Below are positions 50,474 through 59,584 of a stretch of DNA of 64,000 bases, one piece after another. The position numbers and the translations under genes were made by a program. Each line of letters begins with the position of its first letter. Position 1 is the stretch's first letter. A model generated the notes under the pieces. It had not been told where the DNA came from, did not search any database, and saw only the letters and a list, made by a program, of their open reading frames with translations. Location of the stretch: the IMG/VR virus record IMGVR_UViG_3300027782_000047, positions 32,001-96,000 of that record. One strand, 5' to 3'. This DNA comes from a virus.

Positions 50474-51808
50474 ATGTATCTTTCCGAAGACCTACAAAAA
50501 AAATGGGCGCCTGTTCTAGAACATAGCGACCTACCAAAAATTTCTGATCCATACAAACGTGCTGTTACAGCATTGGTACTTGAGAACCAAGTACAAGCTA
50601 TGGCTAAAGAAAATGGCTATCTAACAGAAGCGTCACCAACCAACTCAGCTGGTACTGGTGGTTTCGGTAGCGGTGCGCTTGCTACTGGTGCTGTTGCTGG
50701 TTTTGACCCAATCCTTATCAGCTTGGTTCGCCGTTCATTGCCTAACCTAATTGCTTATGATATCTGCGGTGTTCAGCCTATGACTGGACCAACAGGTATG
50801 ATTTTCGCAATGCGTTCAATCTATGGTACCAACACTCAGCCATCAGGTACAAATGAAGCCTTCTACAACGAAGCTAATACTAACTTCTCGGCTGCTGGTG
50901 CTTCCCTAGCACAACAAACCTTTGCTATGAAGTCTGCTACATCTGATCGTCCATATGGCGTGTTTGATGCTAACACTTCTACAGGTTTGACCACAGCTTC
51001 TGGTGAAGGCGATGCTCTACAAGAAATGGGCTTCTCAATTGAGAAAGTTACTGTTACTGCACGTACTCGTCAATTGAAAGCAGAATACTCAATGGAATTG
51101 GCACAAGACTTGAAAGCAGTTCATGGTCTTGACGCTGAAACCGAATTGAGCAACATTCTTTCTTCTGAGATTCTTGCTGAAATCAACCGTGAAGTTCTAC
51201 GTACAATCTATACAGTTGCTAAAGTTGGCTGTAAAGTTGGTACAACCACAGTTGGTACTTTTGACCTTGACACCGATTCTAACGGTCGTTGGATGGTTGA
51301 AAAAGTTAAAGGCTTGGCATTCCAATTGGAACGTGAAGCTAACACCATTGCTAAGACAACCCGTCGTGGTAAAGGTAACGTGATGATTTGTTCTTCTGAT
51401 GTAGCTTCTGCTCTTGCAATGGCTGGCATCCTAGACTATTCATCAGCACTACAAGGTCAAGTTAACCTAACAGTTGATGATACCGGTAACACCTTTGCTG
51501 GTACATTGTTCGGTCGTATCAAAGTGTACATTGATCCATATTTCGGCGCTAACTCTACTTCTGAGTTCGCAGTTATGGGCTTCAAAGGTTCTAACGCTTA
51601 TGATGCTGGTCTATTCTACTGCCCATACGTTCCTCTACAAATGGTTCGTGCAGTTGATACCACAACCTTCCAGCCAAAAATTGGCTTCAAGACCCGCTAC
51701 GGTCTAGTTGCTAACCCATTTGCTGAAGGCGCAACTCAAGGTCAAGGTGCTTTGACTGTAGGTGGAAACTTCTACTACCGTGGTTTCAAGATTACTAACA
51801 TTATGTAA
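50474..51808 (+). CDS. gp23: major capsid protein gp23
   Basis: KW.PVL, LISLVRRS.PNLIAYD.CGVQPM.GPTG, LKAEYS.ELAQDLKAVHGLDAE.EL and FQPKIGFKTRYG. Confidence 0.98.
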   Translation: MYLSEDLQKKWAPVLEHSDLPKISDPYKRAVTALVLENQVQAMAKENGYLTEASPTNSAGTGGFGSGALATGAVAGFDPILISLVRRSLPNLIAYDICGVQPMTGPTGMIFAMRSIYGTNTQPSGTNEAFYNEANTNFSAAGASLAQQTFAMKSATSDRPYGVFDANTSTGLTTASGEGDALQEMGFSIEKVTVTARTRQLKAEYSMELAQDLKAVHGLDAETELSNILSSEILAEINREVLRTIYTVAKVGCKVGTTTVGTFDLDTDSNGRWMVEKVKGLAFQLEREANTIAKTTRRGKGNVMICSSDVASALAMAGILDYSSALQGQVNLTVDDTGNTFAGTLFGRIKVYIDPYFGANSTSEFAVMGFKGSNAYDAGLFYCPYVPLQMVRAVDTTTFQPKIGFKTRYGLVANPFAEGATQGQGALTVGGNFYYRGFKITNIM

Positions 51809-51836
51809 TCTAAGCCTCCATTAAGAGGGGTACTTT

Positions 51837-51865
51837 AAAGGGGAACAGAAATGTTCCCCTTTTTT
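51837..51865 (+). terminator. intrinsic terminator after gp23
   Basis: AAAGGGGAACA-GAAA-TGTTCCCCTTTTTT: perfect stem with a GNRA loop. Confidence 0.9.
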
Positions 51866-51869
51866 CGTT

Positions 51870-51877
51870 TATAAATA
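51870..51877 (+). promoter_or_regulatory. T4 late promoter TATAAATA
   Basis: Perfect consensus just after the terminator and 5 nt before the gp3 ATG. Confidence 0.75.
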
Positions 51878-51882
51878 TACAT

Positions 51883-52422
51883 ATGGCAACTACACCAACA
51901 TCAAGCACTCCACTAAATCAGAATTTTTTACACCCAAATAAGTTTCAATTAACTTTTTCACGGGTGCCAAACATTCAGTATTTCTGTCAAGCGGTATCAG
52001 TACCTGGTATCTCTATGGGAGAAGTACCAGTGTCTACACCATTCGTAGAGAAATATTCTCCTGGTGAAAAAGCAATCTATGATTTACTTAACGTTACATT
52101 TGCTATTGATGAAGAAATGCGTTCATGGATTGAGATACACGATTGGATTCGTGCTATGACATTTCCAGAAGACTTTGAACAATATCGTGAATTGCCTAGA
52201 CTATCTAAAAATTTTGGTAATCCAAAGACGCCACAATTTTCTGATGCAACACTTACCATATACTCATCTGCATTTACACCACTATACAGATTTAAGTTTG
52301 TAGATGTATTTCCAACATCTCTAGCATCATTTATGTTAGCTTCACAAGATACACCAGAAAATGTTCTAACATCTGATGCATCTTTCAGATATACCTACTA
52401 CACTATTGACAAAATGTTTTAA
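51883..52422 (+). CDS. gp3: tail completion / tube terminator gp3
   Basis: NFL.P..F......P...YFCQ.V..PG, L.V.F..DE....W.EI..W, SDATL and F.D.FP.SL. Confidence 0.85.
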   Translation: MATTPTSSTPLNQNFLHPNKFQLTFSRVPNIQYFCQAVSVPGISMGEVPVSTPFVEKYSPGEKAIYDLLNVTFAIDEEMRSWIEIHDWIRAMTFPEDFEQYRELPRLSKNFGNPKTPQFSDATLTIYSSAFTPLYRFKFVDVFPTSLASFMLASQDTPENVLTSDASFRYTYYTIDKMF

Positions 52423-52434
52423 TTGATGTATACT
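52406..52434 (+). promoter_or_regulatory. sigma70-type promoter for uvsY/uvsW
   Basis: TTGACA-17 bp-TATACT, followed by an AGGAGG SD. Confidence 0.8.
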
Positions 52435-52453
52435 CCTACAAGGAGGAATTGTA

Positions 52454-52888
52454 ATGACTAAACTTGAAGAATTGATGAATGAGTGGAATAAAGATTCCAA
52501 AATTGATAGAACAGAGCCTGGTAAAGCACTAATTGATATACCACAGCTTCACAGTAAGTATCTGAACATTCTATCACACCATAAGTTGCTTTGTAAAGAT
52601 GCTGACTTCAAATATTCCCGGATGAAGAAAATTAAATGGGAATACTATACAGGTAAGATGGGCGATGATGATTTGAGAAAGTATGGTTGGGCACCATTTC
52701 CATTCACTATCAAGTCTGAAATTACCACATACATGGAAGCAGATGAAGACTTGAATAAATTTATTGCATCTAGAATGATGCATGAAGAAATCGTCAGTTG
52801 CTGTGAGTTGATTTTGAAAGAACTACATAGTAGAACATTTCAACTTAAATCATTTATTGATTGGGAACGGTTCGTACAGGGTGTCTGA
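52454..52888 (+). CDS. uvsY: recombination mediator UvsY
   Basis: W..D..ID, IP.LH.KYL, KWEYY.GK, Y..AD.D and R.F..K..I.W..F. Confidence 0.9.
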   Translation: MTKLEELMNEWNKDSKIDRTEPGKALIDIPQLHSKYLNILSHHKLLCKDADFKYSRMKKIKWEYYTGKMGDDDLRKYGWAPFPFTIKSEITTYMEADEDLNKFIASRMMHEEIVSCCELILKELHSRTFQLKSFIDWERFVQGV

Positions 52889-54347
52889 TTTAATTATTAG
52901 TAAGGTCAATGAGGCTTATATAAAGTTAGAGTGTGAAAAAAGCCTCGCTCAAGAAATATCTGACCATTTCACATTTCATGTTCCTGGATATCAATTTACA
53001 CCAGCATACAAGAATAGGTTATGGGATGGAAAGATACGTCTTCTTGATTTAAGAACATACTGCATGTACTATGGTTTGATACCGTACATTCAAAAGTTTT
53101 GTGATGATAGAAACTACAAAGTATATTATTATCCAGAAGTTAACTTAACAAACAATTTTTCAGTTAAAGAAGCTGAACAGTTTATTGAGACTTTGAATTT
53201 ACCTATTGTACCAAGAGATTATCAACTATCTTCTTTTGTTCATGCAATAAGAAACAAACGCTCACTACTACTTTCGCCAACAGCATCTGGCAAATCTCTC
53301 ATTCTTTATTTGATTCTCCGCAAGATACAAGATGAAGACCTTAAGAAAGGTTTGTTGATTGTACCAACAACATCTTTGGTAGAACAGATGTATTCAGATT
53401 TCAAATCATACGGATATGATTCTGAAACAAACTGCCACAAACAATACGCAGGTAAAGATAAAAACACAGACAAGTTTTTAACTATTACTACCTGGCAATC
53501 TATCTACAATCGTGAGCCAGAATACTTTGAACAATTTGATTTTGTTCTTGGTGATGAAGCGCATCAATTTAAAGCTAAGTCGTTGGCTACAATTATGAGT
53601 GGTCTTACAGAAACGAAGTATCGTATAGGTTGTACTGGTACTCTTGATGGCACACAAACACACAAACTTGTTCTTGAGGGTTTGTTTGGTGCTGTATTAA
53701 AAGTAATAACTACCAAAGAATTGATTGACAACAAACAACTTGCAGATTTCAAAATAAAATGTCTGATACTGAAACATTCAGAAGAAGCGTGTAAACAAGC
53801 TAGGTCTTGGGACTATCAATCCGAGATAGAATACATAGTTATGAATGCACAAAGAAATGCATTTATTAAAAATCTAGTTTTGTCATTAAAAGGAAACTCT
53901 CTAGTTCTCTTTCAATTGGTTGAGAAACACGGTAAAGAATTGTTTAAGTTGATAGACGCTGAAAAAGGAAATCGTAAAGTATTTTTTGTTTACGGAGATA
54001 CAGATGTTGAAGTCCGAGAATCAATTCGTGCTATTACAGAAGAAGAAAATGATGCTATTATTGTGGCATCTTATGGCACTTTTAGCACTGGCGTTAACAT
54101 TCGCAACCTACACAATGTCATCTTTGCTTCTCCATCTAAATCTCGCATTCGCAATTTGCAGTCCATTGGTCGTGGATTACGAAAGGGCGACAACAAAGAA
54201 TCAGCAGTCTTATTTGACATTTCAGACGATTTTAGAATAGGCAAGTTTACCAACTTTACCTTGAAACATTTTGTTGAACGTGTTAAAATATATGAAGAAG
54301 AAAAGTTCTCCTACAAGTTTTACAACATAGAGTTAAAAAATGCATAA
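52881..54347 (+). CDS. uvsW: SF2 DNA helicase UvsW (GTG start)
   Basis: F.P.Y....WDGKIRL, PRDYQ, SPTASGKS, DEAH, TGT and LQSIGR.LR. Confidence 0.95.
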   Translation: MSDLIISKVNEAYIKLECEKSLAQEISDHFTFHVPGYQFTPAYKNRLWDGKIRLLDLRTYCMYYGLIPYIQKFCDDRNYKVYYYPEVNLTNNFSVKEAEQFIETLNLPIVPRDYQLSSFVHAIRNKRSLLLSPTASGKSLILYLILRKIQDEDLKKGLLIVPTTSLVEQMYSDFKSYGYDSETNCHKQYAGKDKNTDKFLTITTWQSIYNREPEYFEQFDFVLGDEAHQFKAKSLATIMSGLTETKYRIGCTGTLDGTQTHKLVLEGLFGAVLKVITTKELIDNKQLADFKIKCLILKHSEEACKQARSWDYQSEIEYIVMNAQRNAFIKNLVLSLKGNSLVLFQLVEKHGKELFKLIDAEKGNRKVFFVYGDTDVEVRESIRAITEEENDAIIVASYGTFSTGVNIRNLHNVIFASPSKSRIRNLQSIGRGLRKGDNKESAVLFDISDDFRIGKFTNFTLKHFVERVKIYEEEKFSYKFYNIELKNA

Positions 54348-54759
54348 CGAAATAAAAATTCTAAGATTACAAGATGGCGAAGATATCATTGCATCTTATC
54401 ATATAGATGAGGTTAGTAAGATGGTTGTGATGAACAATCCAATGACTTTGTTTTTTAAACGAATCAGTAGTGGTAAATCCATGGTTATGATGGCACCATG
54501 GTTGCCTTTAGAGTTGATTGGTGAGAATACAGCTAAGGTATATGAGACTAGCGTTCTTACGATGATTGAACCTAAGAAGTCGCTCGTTGATTACTACTTG
54601 AGTGCTGTTGAAGAATCTAATGAGTTGATTCAGATGAGTGCAGACGCTATTGATGAAGCGTTGCTTAATGAGTGTGACGATGATTATGATGAAGACGATG
54701 CTGAGTTTGAGCAAGTTCAAGAGTCAATTAAAGAAACCAAGAAGAACTTATTACATTAA
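54340..54759 (+). CDS. conserved T4-like hypothetical protein (Sm-like fold), 139 aa
   Basis: KILRL..GEDII, NP, PW and acidic tail ending in LH; usual position between uvsW and gp55. Confidence 0.7.
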   Translation: MHNEIKILRLQDGEDIIASYHIDEVSKMVVMNNPMTLFFKRISSGKSMVMMAPWLPLELIGENTAKVYETSVLTMIEPKKSLVDYYLSAVEESNELIQMSADAIDEALLNECDDDYDEDDAEFEQVQESIKETKKNLLH

Positions 54760-54779
54760 TTGAAGACCCCACAGGGTGT

Positions 54780-54808
54780 ATTGTACGCACGACACTGGCG
54801 GTTGTCAA
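54780..54808 (-). promoter_or_regulatory. antisense sigma70-type promoter upstream of gp55
   Basis: The minus strand reads TTGACA-accgccagtgtcgtgcg (17 bp)-TACAAT. Confidence 0.6.
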
Positions 54809-54826
54809 GTGTTATTTTAGGAAATA

Positions 54827-55390
54827 ATGATGAAAGAGAAACACTATGTTAACAATGCCGATTTTTTGAAGGCATTGATAGACTATAAAACTGCATGTGA
54901 TGCAGCCAAAGCAGAAGGTAAGGATGATCCTATAGTACCAAACTATATCGGTGAATGCTTCCTAAAAATTGCTAACCATCTATCTCGCAAACCAAACTTC
55001 ATATCATATTCTTTCCGAGAAGAGATGGTATGTGATGGTATTGAAAATTGCATTATGTATTTTCGGAACTTTGATCCAATCAAGTCTTCCAACCCATTCG
55101 CATACTTTACTCAAATCATATACTTTGCTTTTCTAAGGCGTATTCAAAAAGAGAAGAAACAATTGTATGTGAAGTACAAAGCTACCGAACAGTTTGGTCT
55201 TCTTGATGAAGGTGAAATGTATGAAGATTCGGAAGGTAACATGAAACAGTTTGTCTTGTATGACAATCTTTCCGAATTCATTCAAACATTTGAGGCAAAG
55301 AAAAACGAAAAGAAGAAAACTAAACTAAAAGTCTTGGATAAATTCCTAGAAGAAGATATCATAGACGAACAATTACCCGACAAACTTTAA
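54827..55390 (+). CDS. gp55: late-transcription sigma factor gp55
   Basis: HYVNN..F, YIGECF.KIA..LS.KPNF..Y..REEM..DGIENC and NPFAYFTQI.Y.AF.RRI.KEKKQ. Confidence 0.95.
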   Translation: MMKEKHYVNNADFLKALIDYKTACDAAKAEGKDDPIVPNYIGECFLKIANHLSRKPNFISYSFREEMVCDGIENCIMYFRNFDPIKSSNPFAYFTQIIYFAFLRRIQKEKKQLYVKYKATEQFGLLDEGEMYEDSEGNMKQFVLYDNLSEFIQTFEAKKNEKKKTKLKVLDKFLEEDIIDEQLPDKL

Positions 55391-55403
55391 TTTATGGAGT
55401 ATA

Positions 55404-55856
55404 ATGATGCTAGTGTTGCCTGATAATATGATTGGTAAGCCTGTTGGTTTTACTTGTTCCACTTTTGACTTGCTTCATGCTGGTCACATTTTGATGCTGG
55501 CCGAAGCAAAATCAATATGTGATTACCTAATTGTTGCATTACAGATGGATCCATCAATTGATAGACCAGAATCTAAAAACAAACCAGTTCAGTCTATTGT
55601 TGAACGATATGTCCAGCTTTCGGCTGTTAAATTTGTAGACGAAATTATTGTGTACCAAACAGAGAAAGACCTTGAAGACATGTTGATGTTCTTACCAATC
55701 ACAATACGAATTATTGGTGAAGAATACAAAGACAAAGATTTCACTGGTAAACAAATTTGTGAAGACAGAGGAATTAAAATTTTCTACAACCAACGCAAAC
55801 ATAGTTTTTCAACAACTGAATTACGTAAGAGAGTAGCTAATAAAAGTACACTATGA
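55404..55856 (+). CDS. cytidylyltransferase (TagD / glycerol-3-phosphate cytidylyltransferase-like)
   Basis: TFDLLHAGH (HxGH), DYLIVAL, KPVQ...ER and R.H.FSTT.LR. Confidence 0.88.
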   Translation: MMLVLPDNMIGKPVGFTCSTFDLLHAGHILMLAEAKSICDYLIVALQMDPSIDRPESKNKPVQSIVERYVQLSAVKFVDEIIVYQTEKDLEDMLMFLPITIRIIGEEYKDKDFTGKQICEDRGIKIFYNQRKHSFSTTELRKRVANKSTL

Positions 55857-56923
55857 AGATTGCTTTAATTAATGATACACATGCTGGCGCACGTGGTGAT
55901 AGTTTATTGTTCAATGAGTTTTTCTTTAAGTTTTGGGAAGGTACTTTCTTTCCATATCTAAAAGAAAACAACATAACTCAGATTGTGCATCTTGGTGATG
56001 TGGTTGATAGACGCAAATTTATCAACTATGTCATTTTGAATTCATGGCGCAAACGATTCTTTGATGTGCTTGAAAGAGAAAACATCAAGATGGATGTTAT
56101 CGTTGGTAACCATGATGTAACATACAAGAACACAAACGAAATTAATGCCATGCATGAATTGTTTGATAGGTATGACAACATCAATGTGTATATTGATCCT
56201 GTTGAAAGAACCTATGACGGTCTTCCAATAACATTAATGCCATGGATCAACTCATCCAACTACGAAAATTCACTTCAATTTTTGCAAGACACCAAGTCGG
56301 AAATTGTGTTCGGGCACTTTGAAATTTCTGGCTTTGAGATGGACAGAGGTAATGTTTGTCATGCTGGACTAGATAAGAAAATCTTTGATAGATTTGATAT
56401 GGTTCTATCTGGACACTTTCACCACAAGTCATCCGATGGTACAATTCACTATCTTGGTAATCAATATGAAATTACCTGGACTGACTTCAATGATCCGAGA
56501 GGCTTTCATGTCTTTGATACCGAGACAAGAGAGTTGACATTCGTTTCAAATCCATGTAGAATGTTCTATAAGATTAGCTATGATGATGAATCACAATCGT
56601 TTGAGTACTGGAAAGCATATGACTTCTCGGTACACAAAGACACTTATGTCAAAGTGGTTGTGGTAAACAAAACAAATGCTTATCTTTTTGATTATGTGCT
56701 TGAGCAATTGAACAAAGCTGGTGTAGCCGATGTTGCTGTGGTAGAAGATTTTTCTGATACTACAATAGATGATGACCAGGAATTAATTGACCAAGCGGAA
56801 GATACCATGACTATTCTTTCCAAGTATATTGATGGGTTGACACTTGATGTAGATTCTGATAAACTAAAGAATCTAATGCGTGAATTATACGTTGAATCTT
56901 TGAATGTTGAAGTGACTGAATGA
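55853..56923 (+). CDS. gp47: recombination nuclease gp47 (Mre11/SbcD-like)
   Basis: DTH.G, HLGD..D.R, GNHD, GH.E and SGHFH. Confidence 0.95.
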   Translation: MKIALINDTHAGARGDSLLFNEFFFKFWEGTFFPYLKENNITQIVHLGDVVDRRKFINYVILNSWRKRFFDVLERENIKMDVIVGNHDVTYKNTNEINAMHELFDRYDNINVYIDPVERTYDGLPITLMPWINSSNYENSLQFLQDTKSEIVFGHFEISGFEMDRGNVCHAGLDKKIFDRFDMVLSGHFHHKSSDGTIHYLGNQYEITWTDFNDPRGFHVFDTETRELTFVSNPCRMFYKISYDDESQSFEYWKAYDFSVHKDTYVKVVVVNKTNAYLFDYVLEQLNKAGVADVAVVEDFSDTTIDDDQELIDQAEDTMTILSKYIDGLTLDVDSDKLKNLMRELYVESLNVEVTE

Positions 56924-58632
56924 TTTTTTTCAAATCAATAAAATTTAAAAACTTTCTCTCTACTGGTAATTACTTCACAGAAATTAATCTGTGTAACAGT
57001 TCAAACACACTGGTAGTAGGAACAAACGGTGCAGGCAAGTCTACCTTGCTTGATGCGCTGTGCTTTGTGCTGTTCGGAAAACCATTTCGTTCAATCAATA
57101 AACCGCAATTGGTAAACTCAATCAATCAAAAAGATTGTGTCGTTGAGTGTGAGTTTGATATTGGAAACAAGAAATTCAAAATCATTCGTGGTATCAAACC
57201 AAACATCTTTGAGATTTATGTTGATGGCGAAATGTTGAATCAAGATGCCGCTGTAAGAGACTATCAAGAACACCTAGAGAAATTCATTCTCAAATTAAAT
57301 TACAAATCTTTCACACAAATTGTCATTCTCGGTTCAGCTTCTTTTGTGCCATTCATGCAACTCTCTGCGGCTGATCGCAGAGCAATCATTGAAGACTTGT
57401 TAGACATTCAAATCTTTTCCACAATGAATGGTCTATTAAGAGACAAACATTCAATCAATAAAGAAAACATTCAGTCTAACAAACATGAATTGGATTTGTG
57501 TTCCAATCAACACAAATTGGTAGAAGAACACACAGAAAAAATTAAGAAGAATACCGATGAATTGATTGTGAGCAAAGAATTGGAAGTAGCCAATGTTTGG
57601 CTTGAGATTGATTTGGTGCAAACAGAAATCAATTCCATGAACACAGCTATTTCTGACCTTCAGAAAGAGATAGAAGACAAGTCTATTGTAAACGATAAAT
57701 TGAAAAAGCTAAATCAATTTGAAACACAGATTGAAACCAACTTGTCAAAGTATCGTAAAGACGTAAACTTTTTCCTAAATAATGATGATTGCCCAACTTG
57801 TCGCCAAAGCATCCAGTTGGAATTTAAAGAAAAACAAATAACAGATTTGAATGATAAAGTTGAGAAGTGTACTCACGGTTTGACAAAACTTGAATCTGAC
57901 ATTCTAGTGCAACAAAATCGGCTAAATGATATTACAAAAATTTCTAATGCGATTCAGGTTAAACAAGTTGCTGTTGCATCCAACAATTCAACCATCATTG
58001 AATTGAATAAGTACATAGGAAAATTGCAGAAAGAGATAGGAGTATTGTCATCATCCAAGGAAAACTTGTCCTCGGAGACCAATAAACTTCTCGCATTGCA
58101 AACACAATTAGCAGAGTTAGAATCCAAAAAGAAATCGTTAATAGAAGAAAAGACATATCTTGAAGCTGCCTCTCTGTTGTTAAAAGATACTGGAATCAAA
58201 ACAAAAATCATTAAGCAATATTTGCCTATCATAAACAAGATGGTAAATAAGTATCTAGCATCGCTGGATTTCTTTGTGAATTTTAATCTTGATGAATCTT
58301 TCAAAGAAACAATCAAGTCACGCCATCGTGATGAATTCAGTTACGCATCTTTTAGTGAAGGTGAGAAACAAAGAATTGATATGGCACTTATGTTGACTTG
58401 GAGAGCAGTAGCAAAACTTAAGAATTCCACAAATACCAATTTGTTGATTCTAGATGAAGTGTTTGATAGTAGCCTAGATAATAATGGAACTGAGTACTTG
58501 ATGACAATTCTACAGATGCTTGAAGATGTAAATCTGTTTGTGATATCACACAAGGGTGACATACTGCAAGATAAGTTCCGAAACTTAATTCGGTTTGAGA
58601 AGGTAAATAATTTTTCAAGGATAGTAAAATGA
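56920..58632 (+). CDS. gp46: recombination ATPase gp46 (Rad50/SbcC-like)
   Basis: G.NGAGKST, CPTC zinc hook, FSEGEKQRID, LILDEVFD and ISH. Confidence 0.96.
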   Translation: MIFFKSIKFKNFLSTGNYFTEINLCNSSNTLVVGTNGAGKSTLLDALCFVLFGKPFRSINKPQLVNSINQKDCVVECEFDIGNKKFKIIRGIKPNIFEIYVDGEMLNQDAAVRDYQEHLEKFILKLNYKSFTQIVILGSASFVPFMQLSAADRRAIIEDLLDIQIFSTMNGLLRDKHSINKENIQSNKHELDLCSNQHKLVEEHTEKIKKNTDELIVSKELEVANVWLEIDLVQTEINSMNTAISDLQKEIEDKSIVNDKLKKLNQFETQIETNLSKYRKDVNFFLNNDDCPTCRQSIQLEFKEKQITDLNDKVEKCTHGLTKLESDILVQQNRLNDITKISNAIQVKQVAVASNNSTIIELNKYIGKLQKEIGVLSSSKENLSSETNKLLALQTQLAELESKKKSLIEEKTYLEAASLLLKDTGIKTKIIKQYLPIINKMVNKYLASLDFFVNFNLDESFKETIKSRHRDEFSYASFSEGEKQRIDMALMLTWRAVAKLKNSTNTNLLILDEVFDSSLDNNGTEYLMTILQMLEDVNLFVISHKGDILQDKFRNLIRFEKVNNFSRIVK

Positions 58633-59216
58633 ATGATAATGATATTTTAGTTATTAATACGGAGACTAAATCTCCAACCAAAGTCGTAGAAGAAAAAATT
58701 CTACCATTACCTATTCTGACAGAAGGTAATCCGTTACTAAGAACACCAGTTGAAGAATTTGATATGTCGCAAATCATGCAACCAGAGATTCAAAAATTTA
58801 TCAAACAATTGAAATTGACAATGCATACCTATAATGGTGTTGGGCTGTCAGCTAATCAGTGTGGATTTAAATTCAGAATGTTTGTGATTGGTACAGACCA
58901 ATTTCAAATGGTTTGCGTCAATCCAAAAATCATTGATGTTGATGGTGATCCAAAACTAATGCGTGAAGGTTGCTTGTCGTATCCAGCATTGTTTGTTGGT
59001 GTACCTAGATATGAAGGTGTTCTTGTAAATTACTATGATGAATATTCACAGCCAAAAGAGTTGTGGTTGCGTGGTATAACAGCACAATGCTTTCAGCATG
59101 AACTAGAACATCTTGATGGCAAAGTGTTTATTGAGAAAGTTAAACCTCTTGCTATGCAGATGGCAAGAAAACGTCAAACTAAGTTAATTAAGAAAATTGT
59201 GAGGAATTCAAAATGA
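58629..59216 (+). CDS. def: peptide deformylase
   Basis: GVGLSANQCG, EGCLS and QHELEHLDG motifs. Confidence 0.93.
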   Translation: MNDNDILVINTETKSPTKVVEEKILPLPILTEGNPLLRTPVEEFDMSQIMQPEIQKFIKQLKLTMHTYNGVGLSANQCGFKFRMFVIGTDQFQMVCVNPKIIDVDGDPKLMREGCLSYPALFVGVPRYEGVLVNYYDEYSQPKELWLRGITAQCFQHELEHLDGKVFIEKVKPLAMQMARKRQTKLIKKIVRNSK

Positions 59217-59584
59217 GCGATGTGAAGGTTAATGAAACTACCGAGTATGAGAGTTGTCTTGATTTTGAGAGTGATGAAATCAATGATGTTTCTAAATTCA
59301 TGGATGGTGAACAAACACAAGAACAAAAACTTCCTGTAGATGATGTTGATGATTCATTGCTTACCAGAGACCAATTCTTTAAGAAGTATTGGAAAGGTAT
59401 GCCAACTTTTGACCAGAATGATAATCCTCCATGGAAACAACTGTATGTGAACTTCCGAAACAAAGCAGACTATGATGCTTTTGCTAAGTTGATTGAACAA
59501 GACATAACTGAAAAGAGTAAAAGTATTTGGTATCCAAAACTTGACATTGAAGAAAACTCCTTGAATCGTTGGATTGTAGAATGA
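59213..59584 (+). CDS. hypothetical protein coupled to the glycosyltransferase, 123 aa
   Basis: Acidic N-terminus; W.GMP.F.Q....P...L.V.F....D...FA..I.Q..T...SIWYP. Confidence 0.7.
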   Translation: MSDVKVNETTEYESCLDFESDEINDVSKFMDGEQTQEQKLPVDDVDDSLLTRDQFFKKYWKGMPTFDQNDNPPWKQLYVNFRNKADYDAFAKLIEQDITEKSKSIWYPKLDIEENSLNRWIVE

